A DNA stretch of 64,000 nucleotides, from NCBI GenBank assembly GCA_026398275.1, contig JAPLTF010000098.1, positions 6,174 to 70,173 of the forward strand. Reading direction: 5' to 3'. Below are positions 9,504 through 17,302 of the stretch, in pieces. The DNA is from Verrucomicrobiota bacterium. Lineage in GTDB: Bacteria > Verrucomicrobiota > Verrucomicrobiia > Chthoniobacterales > Terrimicrobiaceae. Both the position numbers and the translations under genes were made by a program. Below the pieces are notes generated by a model. That model was given only the letters and a program-made list of their open reading frames with translations, did no database searches and was not told the origin of the DNA. The number at the start of each line of letters is the position of its first letter. Position 1 is the stretch's first letter.

Positions 9504-10388
9504 TCAGCGGTTCTCGCAGCCCGCTATGGCTTTGCGTCCCAACTGCTCGACGATCGCGGTCAGGTAGCTCCAATACGGCTCCTTCTCGATCGTCTCGCGC
9601 ACCGTGGCGGCAGGGAGGAATCGGCGCATTTCCTTCATGAAGTCCCCTCGTACAGGCTCGGTTTTCAGCGCGGCGATGCGTTCTTGAAGCGATGCGCAGA
9701 ACTCGGCTTCCTCGCGTTGGTGGTCGCGGATTTTTATAGGGACGAGCTTGGCGGGCAGTTCGATGCCTTGCTGGGTGAGCCAGGCGATGTCCCAGAGATC
9801 GCGGTTTTTGAAGCGGTTCTCGCGAAAGGCGAGCGCGATGACCTTGTCGGCCAGGATCTCCTCGCGGCTCTGCGCTTGAAGAATGAGTCCCGAGGTGCCG
9901 AGGTCGATGCCGTAGAGATTTCGCAGCATCATCGGGCGCGGGTCGTGACTGGGAATGGCGCAGATGTCGAGATGGATGCGCTGCGCGGGCAGGTGCCTTT
10001 TGCCGGAGCGTGTCTCGATGGTCAGCTTCCAGGTGGAGACTTGGCCGCCGGTTTTGACGGGCTCGCTGACGCTGACAGGCAGGCCGTAGCGGGCTTGCAG
10101 TCGATCCACGAGCACGCGGGCGAGTTCGGCCAGCTCACTCCGCTGGAAGTCACTGCCGCCAGTGAAGTCGAGGTCCTCGCTGAGTCGTGAGGAGCCGTAG
10201 CAGGCCCGCAGACAGGTCCCACCAATGAACGTCAGTCCGGTGAGCAAGCCGGCCCCGCTCATCTCGCGGAGGATGTCGTGATGCAGCAGTTCCTTTTCCA
10301 CCACGGGGCGCAGTGAGGTGAGTTCTGCCCGGGAACGCAGCGCCTCGTTCACCACTTGGTCAAACAAGCTCACGCGCCACCTCCTCAT
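9504..10388 (-). CDS. abiEii: AbiEii/AbiGii-family nucleotidyltransferase toxin (DUF1814), type IV TA / abortive infection
   Basis: 294-aa ORF with the family motifs FIGGTCLRACYGS, SEDLDFTG and ILADKVIALAFRENRFKNRDLWDIAWL. It overlaps the upstream antitoxin ORF by up to 29 nt. Internal GTG/TTG starts would shorten that overlap. Confidence 0.85.
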   Translation of the reverse strand: MRRWRVSLFDQVVNEALRSRAELTSLRPVVEKELLHHDILREMSGAGLLTGLTFIGGTCLRACYGSSRLSEDLDFTGGSDFQRSELAELARVLVDRLQARYGLPVSVSEPVKTGGQVSTWKLTIETRSGKRHLPAQRIHLDICAIPSHDPRPMMLRNLYGIDLGTSGLILQAQSREEILADKVIALAFRENRFKNRDLWDIAWLTQQGIELPAKLVPIKIRDHQREEAEFCASLQERIAALKTEPVRGDFMKEMRRFLPAATVRETIEKEPYWSYLTAIVEQLGRKAIAGCENR

Positions 10389-10902
10389 CCAAGAGTTCCA
10401 TGCTGCGGTGCGTGGCCTTCATGTCGCGCAGGGCCTGCCGCACGGAGGCTCGCCAGAGATGACGTTCCGGGTCATAGGTCAGCGCGTCGCTCATATCGTC
10501 AGGACGCTGGGCCGTGTGCACGAACTCGATGTGGCCGTAGTCCCCGCAGTCCACCACATGGCTGCGGCCGGAGGTCATGAGGCTGATCCAGTTCATCGGC
10601 ACCTGCGAGATCACGCCCGCATCGCTGAGAGTGGTCTCGAGGCTGATGTAATTGAACTCACCCGCCCGCAGACGTGCTGCCGCATGAAAAAGCAGATGCC
10701 CCGCCGGATAGTCTGGCACGGGGTAAAAATAAATGCCCCGGCAAACCCGATTCAGCAGCCCGGCTTTTGTGGCCCGCGACAGCAACACCGCCAACTGCCC
10801 ACATCCCGGCACCGCAGCCGCGAAGTCCGAGGGCGCAAACACACAGTGCTCCCGGTCTGCGAGTTTACGGAGTGTCTGGGCGAGTTGTTTGATGGGCTGC
10901 AC
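10360..10902 (-). CDS. abiEi: AbiEi-family antitoxin / transcriptional regulator (N-terminal winged HTH)
   Basis: 180-aa ORF directly upstream of, and overlapping, the AbiEii gene. The N-terminus (LAQTLRKLADREHCVFAPSDFAAAVPGCGQLAVLLSRATKAGLLNRVCRGIYFYP) is typical of AbiEi_4-type antitoxins. Confidence 0.8.
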   Translation of the reverse strand: MQPIKQLAQTLRKLADREHCVFAPSDFAAAVPGCGQLAVLLSRATKAGLLNRVCRGIYFYPVPDYPAGHLLFHAAARLRAGEFNYISLETTLSDAGVISQVPMNWISLMTSGRSHVVDCGDYGHIEFVHTAQRPDDMSDALTYDPERHLWRASVRQALRDMKATHRSMELLDEEVARELV

Positions 10903-10909
10903 GACTTGA

Positions 10910-10937
10910 ACTCTACAAAAGATTTCTAAAAGTGCAA
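10910..10937 (-). promoter_or_regulatory. candidate sigma70-like promoter of the abiEi-abiEii operon (TTGCAC-N16-TAGAGT on minus strand)
   Basis: The reverse complement of 10910-10937 reads TTGCAC cttttagaaatcttttg TAGAGT. The -10 ends only 7 nt before the abiEi ATG (10902), which would imply a leaderless or near-leaderless transcript. This rests on a pattern match only. Confidence 0.25.
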
Positions 10938-11065
10938 TGTTCCGCTTATCCCGTGCGGCCCGCTGCCCATGAGTTCTTTGCCATTTTTGACCAAGCAGCG
11001 CTTCGGCGATGCCTCCTCCGCAGCGAGCATCCCGGGGACGGGTGACGTTCGGCTTTTGCCGTTCG

Positions 11066-12286
11066 TTATTTGGCTTCCTGATAATCCGAACTCGCCGTCA
11101 GTGCGCCGCTGCGGGCGTTCACAAACCATGCGGTGGTTCCGGCGGGCAGCGGTGCGGTGACGATCAAATCCTCACCGCGCTTTTCGACCGTGGCGGACGA
11201 CTCGGTCCAGGTGCGATTGCCGGTGAAGCCGCTGTCGCTGGTGGTGATCAACACGGCGTGGTCCAGCGGTTTTGTGGAGGCGAATGTGACTTGGACGGAG
11301 CCGTCCTTGACCACCACGCCGGTTTGTCGGCACCACGGGGGCCCATCTCGCACGATGCTCTCGGCAAAGGCGTAGCTGTCCGGGGGATTCCATGCGGCCT
11401 GGTGCGAATGATTCATCTTGGGAATCAGGCTCACCATGCGCGGTCCGGTGGTTGCGCGGTAGGAAGCGGCTTGGCAGTCGAGCGGGAAATGGTTGTCTTG
11501 CGGCCACGAGAGCCAGAGCACGGGCGTTTTCACCCGGTCCATGCGCGTCATCGGATCCCATGCCTCGCGGTAGAGCGGGTTGTTGCCCAGGGCCTGCCCG
11601 TATTGATTCCCGGAATCAAAGAGATGCCCGCAGCCGTAGGCGGAAATCGCGAAAGCGAACCGTGGGTCAATCCCGATCACCGTGCTTGTGATGACGCCGC
11701 CCCACGAGATGCCCATGATGCCGACCTTGTTCGCATCGACCTCCGGCAGCGAGCGCAGGAGGGAATTCGCCAGCACCGCATCGGCCACGGCGTGATACAT
11801 CCACTGCTCTTCCAGCGGCAACGACGAATCGCCATAGATGCCGTCGCGCTTCGGACCGGGCCAGGCGTGCAGCTTCCATGCTTGGGGATCGGTCGGATCG
11901 CGCTCGTCGGTTTGCCCTTCGATCGCAATGCCGATGGCGGCAAAACCGCGATCATTCCACAGCTTCACCCATTCCTTGAACGCCGTGCCACCCCCGCCGT
12001 GCATAAGAACGACCGCTGGCACCTTGCCCGCGCGTTTCTCCGGCAAGCCGAGCCAGGCAAAGACCCTTGTTGGCTTCCCTTTCCATGGCAGGGCATCGTA
12101 AAAGATCGCCTTCACGCCTCCCTCGGCGGCAAAACCCTCCGCGTCTTGCACCGTTGGCGGCTCGGTGAGGCCGGCAAGAGCGAGGATTTTTTCGCGCTGC
12201 GCGGCAAAGTCGCCAGCATTGAGGTCATCCGCCCGAACGACAGAACTCGCCGCTAAAAACAACACCGTTACAATTAGTTTTATCAT
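11066..12286 (-). CDS. secreted alpha/beta-hydrolase, acetyl(xylan)-esterase-like carbohydrate esterase
   Basis: 406-aa ORF with a signal peptide (MIKLIVTVLFLAASSVVRA). It has an oxyanion-region VVLMHGGGGTAF, a nucleophile elbow GISWGG (GxSxG) and a C-terminal His region (MNHSHQAAW). Confidence 0.8.
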   Translation of the reverse strand: MIKLIVTVLFLAASSVVRADDLNAGDFAAQREKILALAGLTEPPTVQDAEGFAAEGGVKAIFYDALPWKGKPTRVFAWLGLPEKRAGKVPAVVLMHGGGGTAFKEWVKLWNDRGFAAIGIAIEGQTDERDPTDPQAWKLHAWPGPKRDGIYGDSSLPLEEQWMYHAVADAVLANSLLRSLPEVDANKVGIMGISWGGVITSTVIGIDPRFAFAISAYGCGHLFDSGNQYGQALGNNPLYREAWDPMTRMDRVKTPVLWLSWPQDNHFPLDCQAASYRATTGPRMVSLIPKMNHSHQAAWNPPDSYAFAESIVRDGPPWCRQTGVVVKDGSVQVTFASTKPLDHAVLITTSDSGFTGNRTWTESSATVEKRGEDLIVTAPLPAGTTAWFVNARSGALTASSDYQEAK

Positions 12287-13025
12287 AAGGTCTTTCTTAG
12301 AGGGCTATCCAGTCCAAGAATCCGATTTGATTCTCAATGTCCAGCCTTATTGATGCATGGACGAAGTCGCGGGTGGAAACGTAACCGGTGCGCGGTCACA
12401 TTTTCATCGCTTGGGAATTTGCGGATTTTATCCGTAGCCTGCCGGGGCGAGGGGTGGGAGAGGGGCTTGCCATTGGTTTAGACAAACAGCTTGGATCTGC
12501 CTCGGTGGGAAGAGTTGCATACCAGTCGAGCGCGAGTTTGCTGAGCGGGGCCACGATTTCCGACTGGGCCTTGGACTCATCTGCCGTTGCGTGTTCGGCG
12601 CGATTCGAACTCAAGTTATGCAACTCGACACGCTCGGCTCCGTAGGTCATGACCCAACAGGGAATTGTTCATTGGAACGCAACGAATCTCGGCCAGACCC
12701 GTCACGTGAACTGCTCTCTCGGCACGACGGCTCCGGGTTGGACGAACACAAATGGCCTCGCTTATGTCGGCTGGGTGACTGCGGGTGCCGGTAATGTGAA
12801 CATAGGTGCCACAAACCAAACAGGATGGATCAAGGACGAGTTGAGCCCCTCGTCAAGCTCATCTTTTGAGTGAGGTCTGCGCTTGCTGTCACTGCATAAA
12901 AATCCGTATCTATGCGGCCCCACCCGTGGTTGCATCTCTTTTTTAGGATAAAATCGCGGACTGAAAGCCACCACACGGAAAGGTTCTTCGGGGACGACAA
13001 AACCTGGACCCCATACTCCGGACAA

Positions 13026-13241
13026 TCAGGAATGGAAAAAGGTTTGGCGGTATTTACCGGGCCGCATGCCGTTCATTTTATAAAAAAATCTGCTAAAATA
13101 ATATTCATCGGCAAAGCGGAACTTCCGGGCGACCTCCTTGATCGGCAGGTCGGTCCCTGACATGTAATGACAGGCCTCCTGATTCAGCCGGCGGTTGAGA
13201 TAGGATTTTGGACTGAAGCCGGTATCGCGAGCGAAGGACAT
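13026..13241 (-). pseudogene. AraC-family regulator remnant (C-terminal HTH only)
   Basis: The 71-aa ORF reads SFARDTGFSPKSYLNRRLNQEACHYMSGTDLPIKEVARKFRFADEYYFSRFFYKMNGMRPGKYRQ. This is the last ~70 residues of an AraC/XylS DNA-binding domain. No sensor domain lies upstream. Confidence 0.6.
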
Positions 13242-13666
13242 GGCGGGCGGCTTTGCGGTGCCTGTTTCCCTGATCTCCTTCGTTATTTTCCATGCCGGCT
13301 ACTGGCTGGGAAGCGGGATCATGCTTCCGATCTCCACCGCCATGATGGCCGATATCTCGGAAATTCATCTCCTCCAAACCGGGGAGAACAAGGACGGCGA
13401 ATATTCTTCCGTTTTCAGCCTGGCGATGCGCCTGGCCATCTCGTTCAGCCTGATCGTCTCCGGCTACTTGCCTGAGTTGGGTCGGCTACAGGGTCTCGGA
13501 GGGGACTGAGAACGTCGCGCAGGACCCCGCAGCGATCTGGCGCGTCGGCCTGGTGACCTTCGTTGTCGGCGGCGCAGTCGGACTCGCCGCACTGTTCGCG
13601 ATCTTCAACTATCCGGTCACCAGGCGGAAGCTGGAACAACTCAGACAGGAATTCTGCGGCGTGTGA
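13240..13666 (+). pseudogene. glycoside-pentoside-hexuronide (GPH/MelB-type) cation symporter remnant, C-terminal third, frameshifted
   Basis: The frame at 13240..13509 gives ...GIMLPISTAMMADISEIHLLQTGENKDGEYSSVFSLAMRLAISFSLIVSGYL, the GPH loop and TM9-10 signature. A second frame (about 13508..13666) gives ENVAQDPAAIWRVGLVTFVVGGAVGLAALFAIFNYPVTRRKLEQLRQEF-stop, the last TM helix and tail. The N-terminal two thirds are absent. Confidence 0.6.
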
Positions 13667-13924
13667 TCCCCGAATGATAATGGGCAATGGCAAACATTTT
13701 CTTCAAAATCTGATAAAACCACAAATAGAGATGGATTTTACATGGTCGAGCAGGCCGATGGTCGAGGAATTTCCGGCATGGGCGCAGGGGAGCACCTTTG
13801 CCAGCAAGCAGTCGTATTGGTCGAAATGCCAATCGACGAGCGAGTGATAGAACCCGACTAACGCTCGCATCGAGGTTTACAGCCACTGTCCTCAGTCCGG
13901 GACTGGAGGGATCCCGCCAATGCG

Positions 13925-14599
13925 TTATGGCACAGTGAGCACCTGAAGGGCATTCAGTTGCAGTTCTTTGTCAATTGCAATCAGTGGGCGGAATGAGAAT
14001 GCCGTGTCACCGGGAGCGGGCGTAAACCGAGCGGTCACAACCAGGAACTGACCATCGGGGTAGGCGAATGCATATTCAGGCGAGTCTTGGCCGGCGATGT
14101 TGTCCGAGTATCCGTTGATCGCGACCATGCGTCCTTCGGCGTCTACCCGGGTGTCCGCAAGGACAAATTGCACCAAATATTCCTGCCCCACCGTGAAACC
14201 GCTGAGAACAAGCGTGCAGTCGATGTCAACCCCCTGTATTCTGCACCAGCTGCCTGTATTGAGAATTCCAGACCTGTCCTCCGAGTAGTAATTGCCGTAA
14301 TTACTAGCATAGGCCTCACCCGAAGTGGAAAATTTCATCGAGATCGGTGAGGCGGTGTTAGCTGACTGGCCCAGATCCGCATTCGTCGTGAGCCAGTTGA
14401 CTCCCCCGAAGGATGTCATCGGCGCTCCGCTGCCGAAGTTCATCGCCTTGACGGAGGTGGTGCCCTCCGGTCTGACCCAGCTCGTGTCGGTGTCGCTGGT
14501 TGCAGTGTAAAACGAGTAGGTGATTTTCGTCTCTGCAGGGGCCGACCCGACAAAGGCAAGAGCCGCGAAGGCGGCGAGATGTATGTGCTTTAGTTTCAT
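13925..14599 (-). CDS. secreted protein of unknown function (225 aa from the ATG at 14599)
   Basis: Signal peptide MKLKHIHLAAFAALAFVGSAPA, followed by a beta-rich sequence. It ends ...QLNALQVLTVP-stop. GC content is lower than in its neighbours. The ORF track's longer 247-aa version adds an implausible N-terminal extension. Confidence 0.6.
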   Translation of the reverse strand: MKLKHIHLAAFAALAFVGSAPAETKITYSFYTATSDTDTSWVRPEGTTSVKAMNFGSGAPMTSFGGVNWLTTNADLGQSANTASPISMKFSTSGEAYASNYGNYYSEDRSGILNTGSWCRIQGVDIDCTLVLSGFTVGQEYLVQFVLADTRVDAEGRMVAINGYSDNIAGQDSPEYAFAYPDGQFLVVTARFTPAPGDTAFSFRPLIAIDKELQLNALQVLTVP

Positions 14600-14794
14600 A
14601 TTTGGTGTTATATTTTCATTGTTGCAGTCATCGGCTAAATCTATCGCCCAGGGTGTCGTTGTCAACAATTGGGAGCTGTGTCGGTTTCACGAGTCCTTGC
14701 AGTTTGACCATGTTTATTCATTCCCTTTGGGTCTGATACCCCGAGGCTTGCTTCGGCTTTGTTTCGTGGCTCTCTGTCTTCAAATTCTTAAATG

Positions 14795-14825
14795 CCTCGG
14801 GGCTCGCCCCGGGGTTCTTTATTTT
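14795..14825 (+). terminator. orphan intrinsic-terminator-like hairpin (GC stem plus T-rich tail)
   Basis: The sequence cctcggggc tc gccccgggg is followed by ttctttatttt. The stem is about 8-9 bp allowing one G-U pair. It sits in the divergent intergenic region, and no plus-strand gene ends there. Confidence 0.3.
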
Positions 14826-15009
14826 GCTATTGACTCGGCTCGGCAACCCCAAGAAAGTTAGGTCTGACATATGGCGGATAAAAGCAGCTGCCACACTCCA
14901 TGAAGCCAGACACCATTCTTGCTGCCGGCAGCTTGTCTTGCCTTGCGCGAACCAGCAAAGAATATGGCGTGAAGCCTGATTAATGTCTGGTGAAGAAGGG
15001 CGGAATTAA

Positions 15010-16968
15010 ATGAAGAACATTATTCTTACTGGCCTGCTGGCTGGCACCATCCTCACCGACGCCACTGCACAGTGGTCGCACAAGGAAGGCGACCCAATGC
15101 CGCATCCGGCAGGCATCGTTGTGCAGCCGTTCACGCATGCCGAATGGGATGCGAGCAACTTTGCTCCCGCGAAAGACCTGCAATGGTATCGCGATGCCAG
15201 GTATGGGATGTTCATCCATTTCGGGCTGTCCACCCACAATAATGCGGATCTGTCGTGGGGCGTCTGCCAAACCCGAAAGGCGCCCGACGCCGGCAGTGGC
15301 CCGGTGCCGGATGCGGTCTGGCAGGGTTGGCCTAAGGACTTTCAGTTCGAGAAGTTTGATGCCAGGGAATGGGTCGAGATCGCCAGGGCCGGCGGCTTCA
15401 AATATATCGTCGCCATCGCCAAGCATCACGACGGGTTTCACCTCTGGGACACCGCCTTCTCGGACTTCAAGGTGACCAATACACCCTTCAAGCGCGACTA
15501 CCTCAGGGAACTCGCCGACGCCTGCCATGCCGCCGCCATGCCTTTCGGCATCTATTACTCCCAGCGTGATTGGTATCACCCCGATTACATGCCGGTTGAT
15601 CCCGCGAAGGCGAACATCAGCGGCAATCACTGGACGCTCAAACCCGGCGAGACCAGTCCGATGGGTGAACGCCACAAGAAATACAACGAGTACCAATTCA
15701 ACGTAGTCCGGGAGCTCTGCACCAAGTACGGCAAGGTGGATATCTTCTGGTGGGACGCCGCGTGGTGGGGAGGAATGTTCACGGCCGAGATCTGGGATGG
15801 CGAGAAACTCACCCGTATGGTCCGCGAGCTCCAGCCCGGCATCCTGATGAACAACCGCTGTTCCGTGCCCGGCGACTTCGACACGCCCGAACAACGCCTC
15901 GGCTTCTATCAAGACTGGCGTCCGTGGGAATCCTGCGTCTGCCTGACCCATAGCTGGAGTTACAGCGGCTCCCCGCCCAAATCCCGCGATGAGATCATCC
16001 GCATGCTCATCAGCAACGCCTGTTGCGACGGCAATCTTCTGCTTTCCTGGGGACCGCAGTGGGACGGCGAATTCGCCGCCACCGAGAAAAGCCGGCTCCT
16101 CGAAGTGGGCGCGTGGCTTAAGGACAATGGCCGCGCCATCTACGGCACACGCGGTGGTCCGTGGAAGTGGGCGGAGTGGGGCGGTTCAACCCGGCGTGAC
16201 AAAACCGTCTGGCTCCATGTCTTCAAAGGAGACACGCTCAGCCTTCCTGCGCTGCCTGAACGCACCGTGCTCTCCGCGCAATTGTTGACCGGCGAGAAGG
16301 TGGATTTCAAACAAGAGGGGGCCATGCTTACGGTCACCGTGCCGAAAGGCAACCCGTTCGCCATCGTTGAGCTTACCTTCGACAAATCCGTGGACACCCT
16401 GCCGGCTGTATCGCCCGGCGATGACCTTTCCATCTTCAACGATGCGGTGACGTACGGCAAAGTCGTTTCGCGACAAGCCACGGTGAAAGCCAGTTCCATT
16501 TTCATGGGAACACTTCAAGCGCTCGTCGCGGAAACACCCCGGTCCGGTTCAGGATGCGCGCACCGGTCACCGAAATGTCCCGGCCCAGATCAATCTCGAA
16601 CCAGGGATTCGCTTCCTCGGCGGTATGAAGTGCAAAATCGCCGGGACAGGATCGCGCGGCGACTTTGCGCATCTCGCTGTCATCGGATGGCAAGACCTGG
16701 GCGGAGGTCTGGAAGGCCGAACGGGGCGAACCGCAGTGGGAGATTCCCGTCACCGAATATAAAGCGGGCGCCCACGTGCCAGGCCGCACAGCACGCTATC
16801 TCCGGCTCGAACTCAACCCCGCAAAGGCTGAATACCTTCATCTTCGCCAAGTGGAAGTCTGGGGAAAGGAGCCGTGAACAAAATTACGGCGTTCCTTGGA
16901 CGATCACAGAGTCGCAGGCTGAGGTTCTGCGAAAGCCCGGGACAATCATTCGACAGGCTGTTGGGTAA
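15010..16968 (+). CDS. alpha-L-fucosidase, GH29, secreted; C-terminal F5/8-type-C (discoidin) domain disrupted
   Basis: Signal peptide MKNIILTGLLAGTILTDATAQ. GH29 motifs are present: YGMFIHFGLSTH, KYIVAIAKHHDGFHLWDTAFSDFKVTNTPFKRDY, GIYYSQRDWYHPDY, DIFWWDAAWW. Sensible protein sequence ends at ...ATVKASS (about 16497). The remaining ~155 codons of the as-is ORF are Arg/Pro/Ser-rich nonsense. The intact ancestral gene probably ended at 16877. Confidence 0.85.
   Translation: MKNIILTGLLAGTILTDATAQWSHKEGDPMPHPAGIVVQPFTHAEWDASNFAPAKDLQWYRDARYGMFIHFGLSTHNNADLSWGVCQTRKAPDAGSGPVPDAVWQGWPKDFQFEKFDAREWVEIARAGGFKYIVAIAKHHDGFHLWDTAFSDFKVTNTPFKRDYLRELADACHAAAMPFGIYYSQRDWYHPDYMPVDPAKANISGNHWTLKPGETSPMGERHKKYNEYQFNVVRELCTKYGKVDIFWWDAAWWGGMFTAEIWDGEKLTRMVRELQPGILMNNRCSVPGDFDTPEQRLGFYQDWRPWESCVCLTHSWSYSGSPPKSRDEIIRMLISNACCDGNLLLSWGPQWDGEFAATEKSRLLEVGAWLKDNGRAIYGTRGGPWKWAEWGGSTRRDKTVWLHVFKGDTLSLPALPERTVLSAQLLTGEKVDFKQEGAMLTVTVPKGNPFAIVELTFDKSVDTLPAVSPGDDLSIFNDAVTYGKVVSRQATVKASSIFMGTLQALVAETPRSGSGCAHRSPKCPGPDQSRTRDSLPRRYEVQNRRDRIARRLCASRCHRMARPGRRSGRPNGANRSGRFPSPNIKRAPTCQAAQHAISGSNSTPQRLNTFIFAKWKSGERSREQNYGVPWTITESQAEVLRKPGTIIRQAVG
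16508..16667. other. ~160-bp locally inverted segment encoding the first half of the F5/8-type-C domain of the GH29 gene
   Basis: The minus-strand translation of this segment reads KVAARSCPGDFALHTAEEANPWFEIDLGRDISVTGARILNRTGVFPRRALEVF, the discoidin core WFEIDLG...ILNR. The plus-strand frame 3 from 16668 continues RISLSSDGKTWAEVWKAERGEPQWEIPVT...ARYLRLELNPAKAEYLHLRQVEVWGKEP-stop (16877). Joined, the two give a canonical domain, ...RALEVF|RISLSSDGKTW.... The boundaries are ambiguous by 1 nt because of C/G microhomology. Confidence 0.75.
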
Positions 16969-16970
16969 AG

Positions 16971-17279
16971 AATTTCTCCTTCCATCTTAGCCGCAGATTT
17001 CACGAGCACTTGGAGTCCCTTGGTATCCCGCATGAACTCCACGTTGTGAACGACGTTGGACACGACACACCCGCACTGATGGGAGGACTGGCCAACTCGA
17101 AGTTCTATCGGAAGGCACTTGCACCAAAGACAGCTAAGAGCTTTGGGCCGCAGGCGAAAAGTCCGCAGTGTTACACCGGGGTGAAAACGGACCCGCTCAT
17201 CGGCAGGATGTATCCGGCGGATGACTGGGCGGGCTTGGAGAAGCGCCTTGCCCCTTCTTCGCTCAAGCGGCCGACATAA
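16971..17279 (+). pseudogene. alpha/beta-hydrolase (esterase) remnant, C-terminal ~100 codons only
   Basis: Translation NFSFHLSRRFHEHLESLGIPHELHVVNDVGHDTPALMGGL...FYRKAL matches the C-terminal catalytic-His region of esterase/CE1-like hydrolases. No N-terminal part lies upstream; the GH29 gene ends there. Confidence 0.45.
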
Positions 17280-17302
17280 TGCGCAACCGGCCCGCGTGAG
17301 CC

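Noticed and set aside
12388-13025. Cluster of 65-90-codon ORFs in all frames (12388..12645, 12396..12650, 12616..12819, 12649..12873, 12762..13025)
   Set aside because: They mutually overlap, none has a recognisable motif, signal peptide or plausible ribosome-binding context, and the region is flanked by obvious pseudogene debris. I considered a tyrosine-recombinase remnant because of an HDLR string, but the surrounding residues do not fit.
16502-16789. 95-aa minus-strand ORF as an independent gene
   Set aside because: Only its C-terminal ~53 residues (16508-16667) make sense, as a discoidin half-domain. The N-terminal part is antisense to the other half of the same domain. It is a by-product of the inversion, not a gene.
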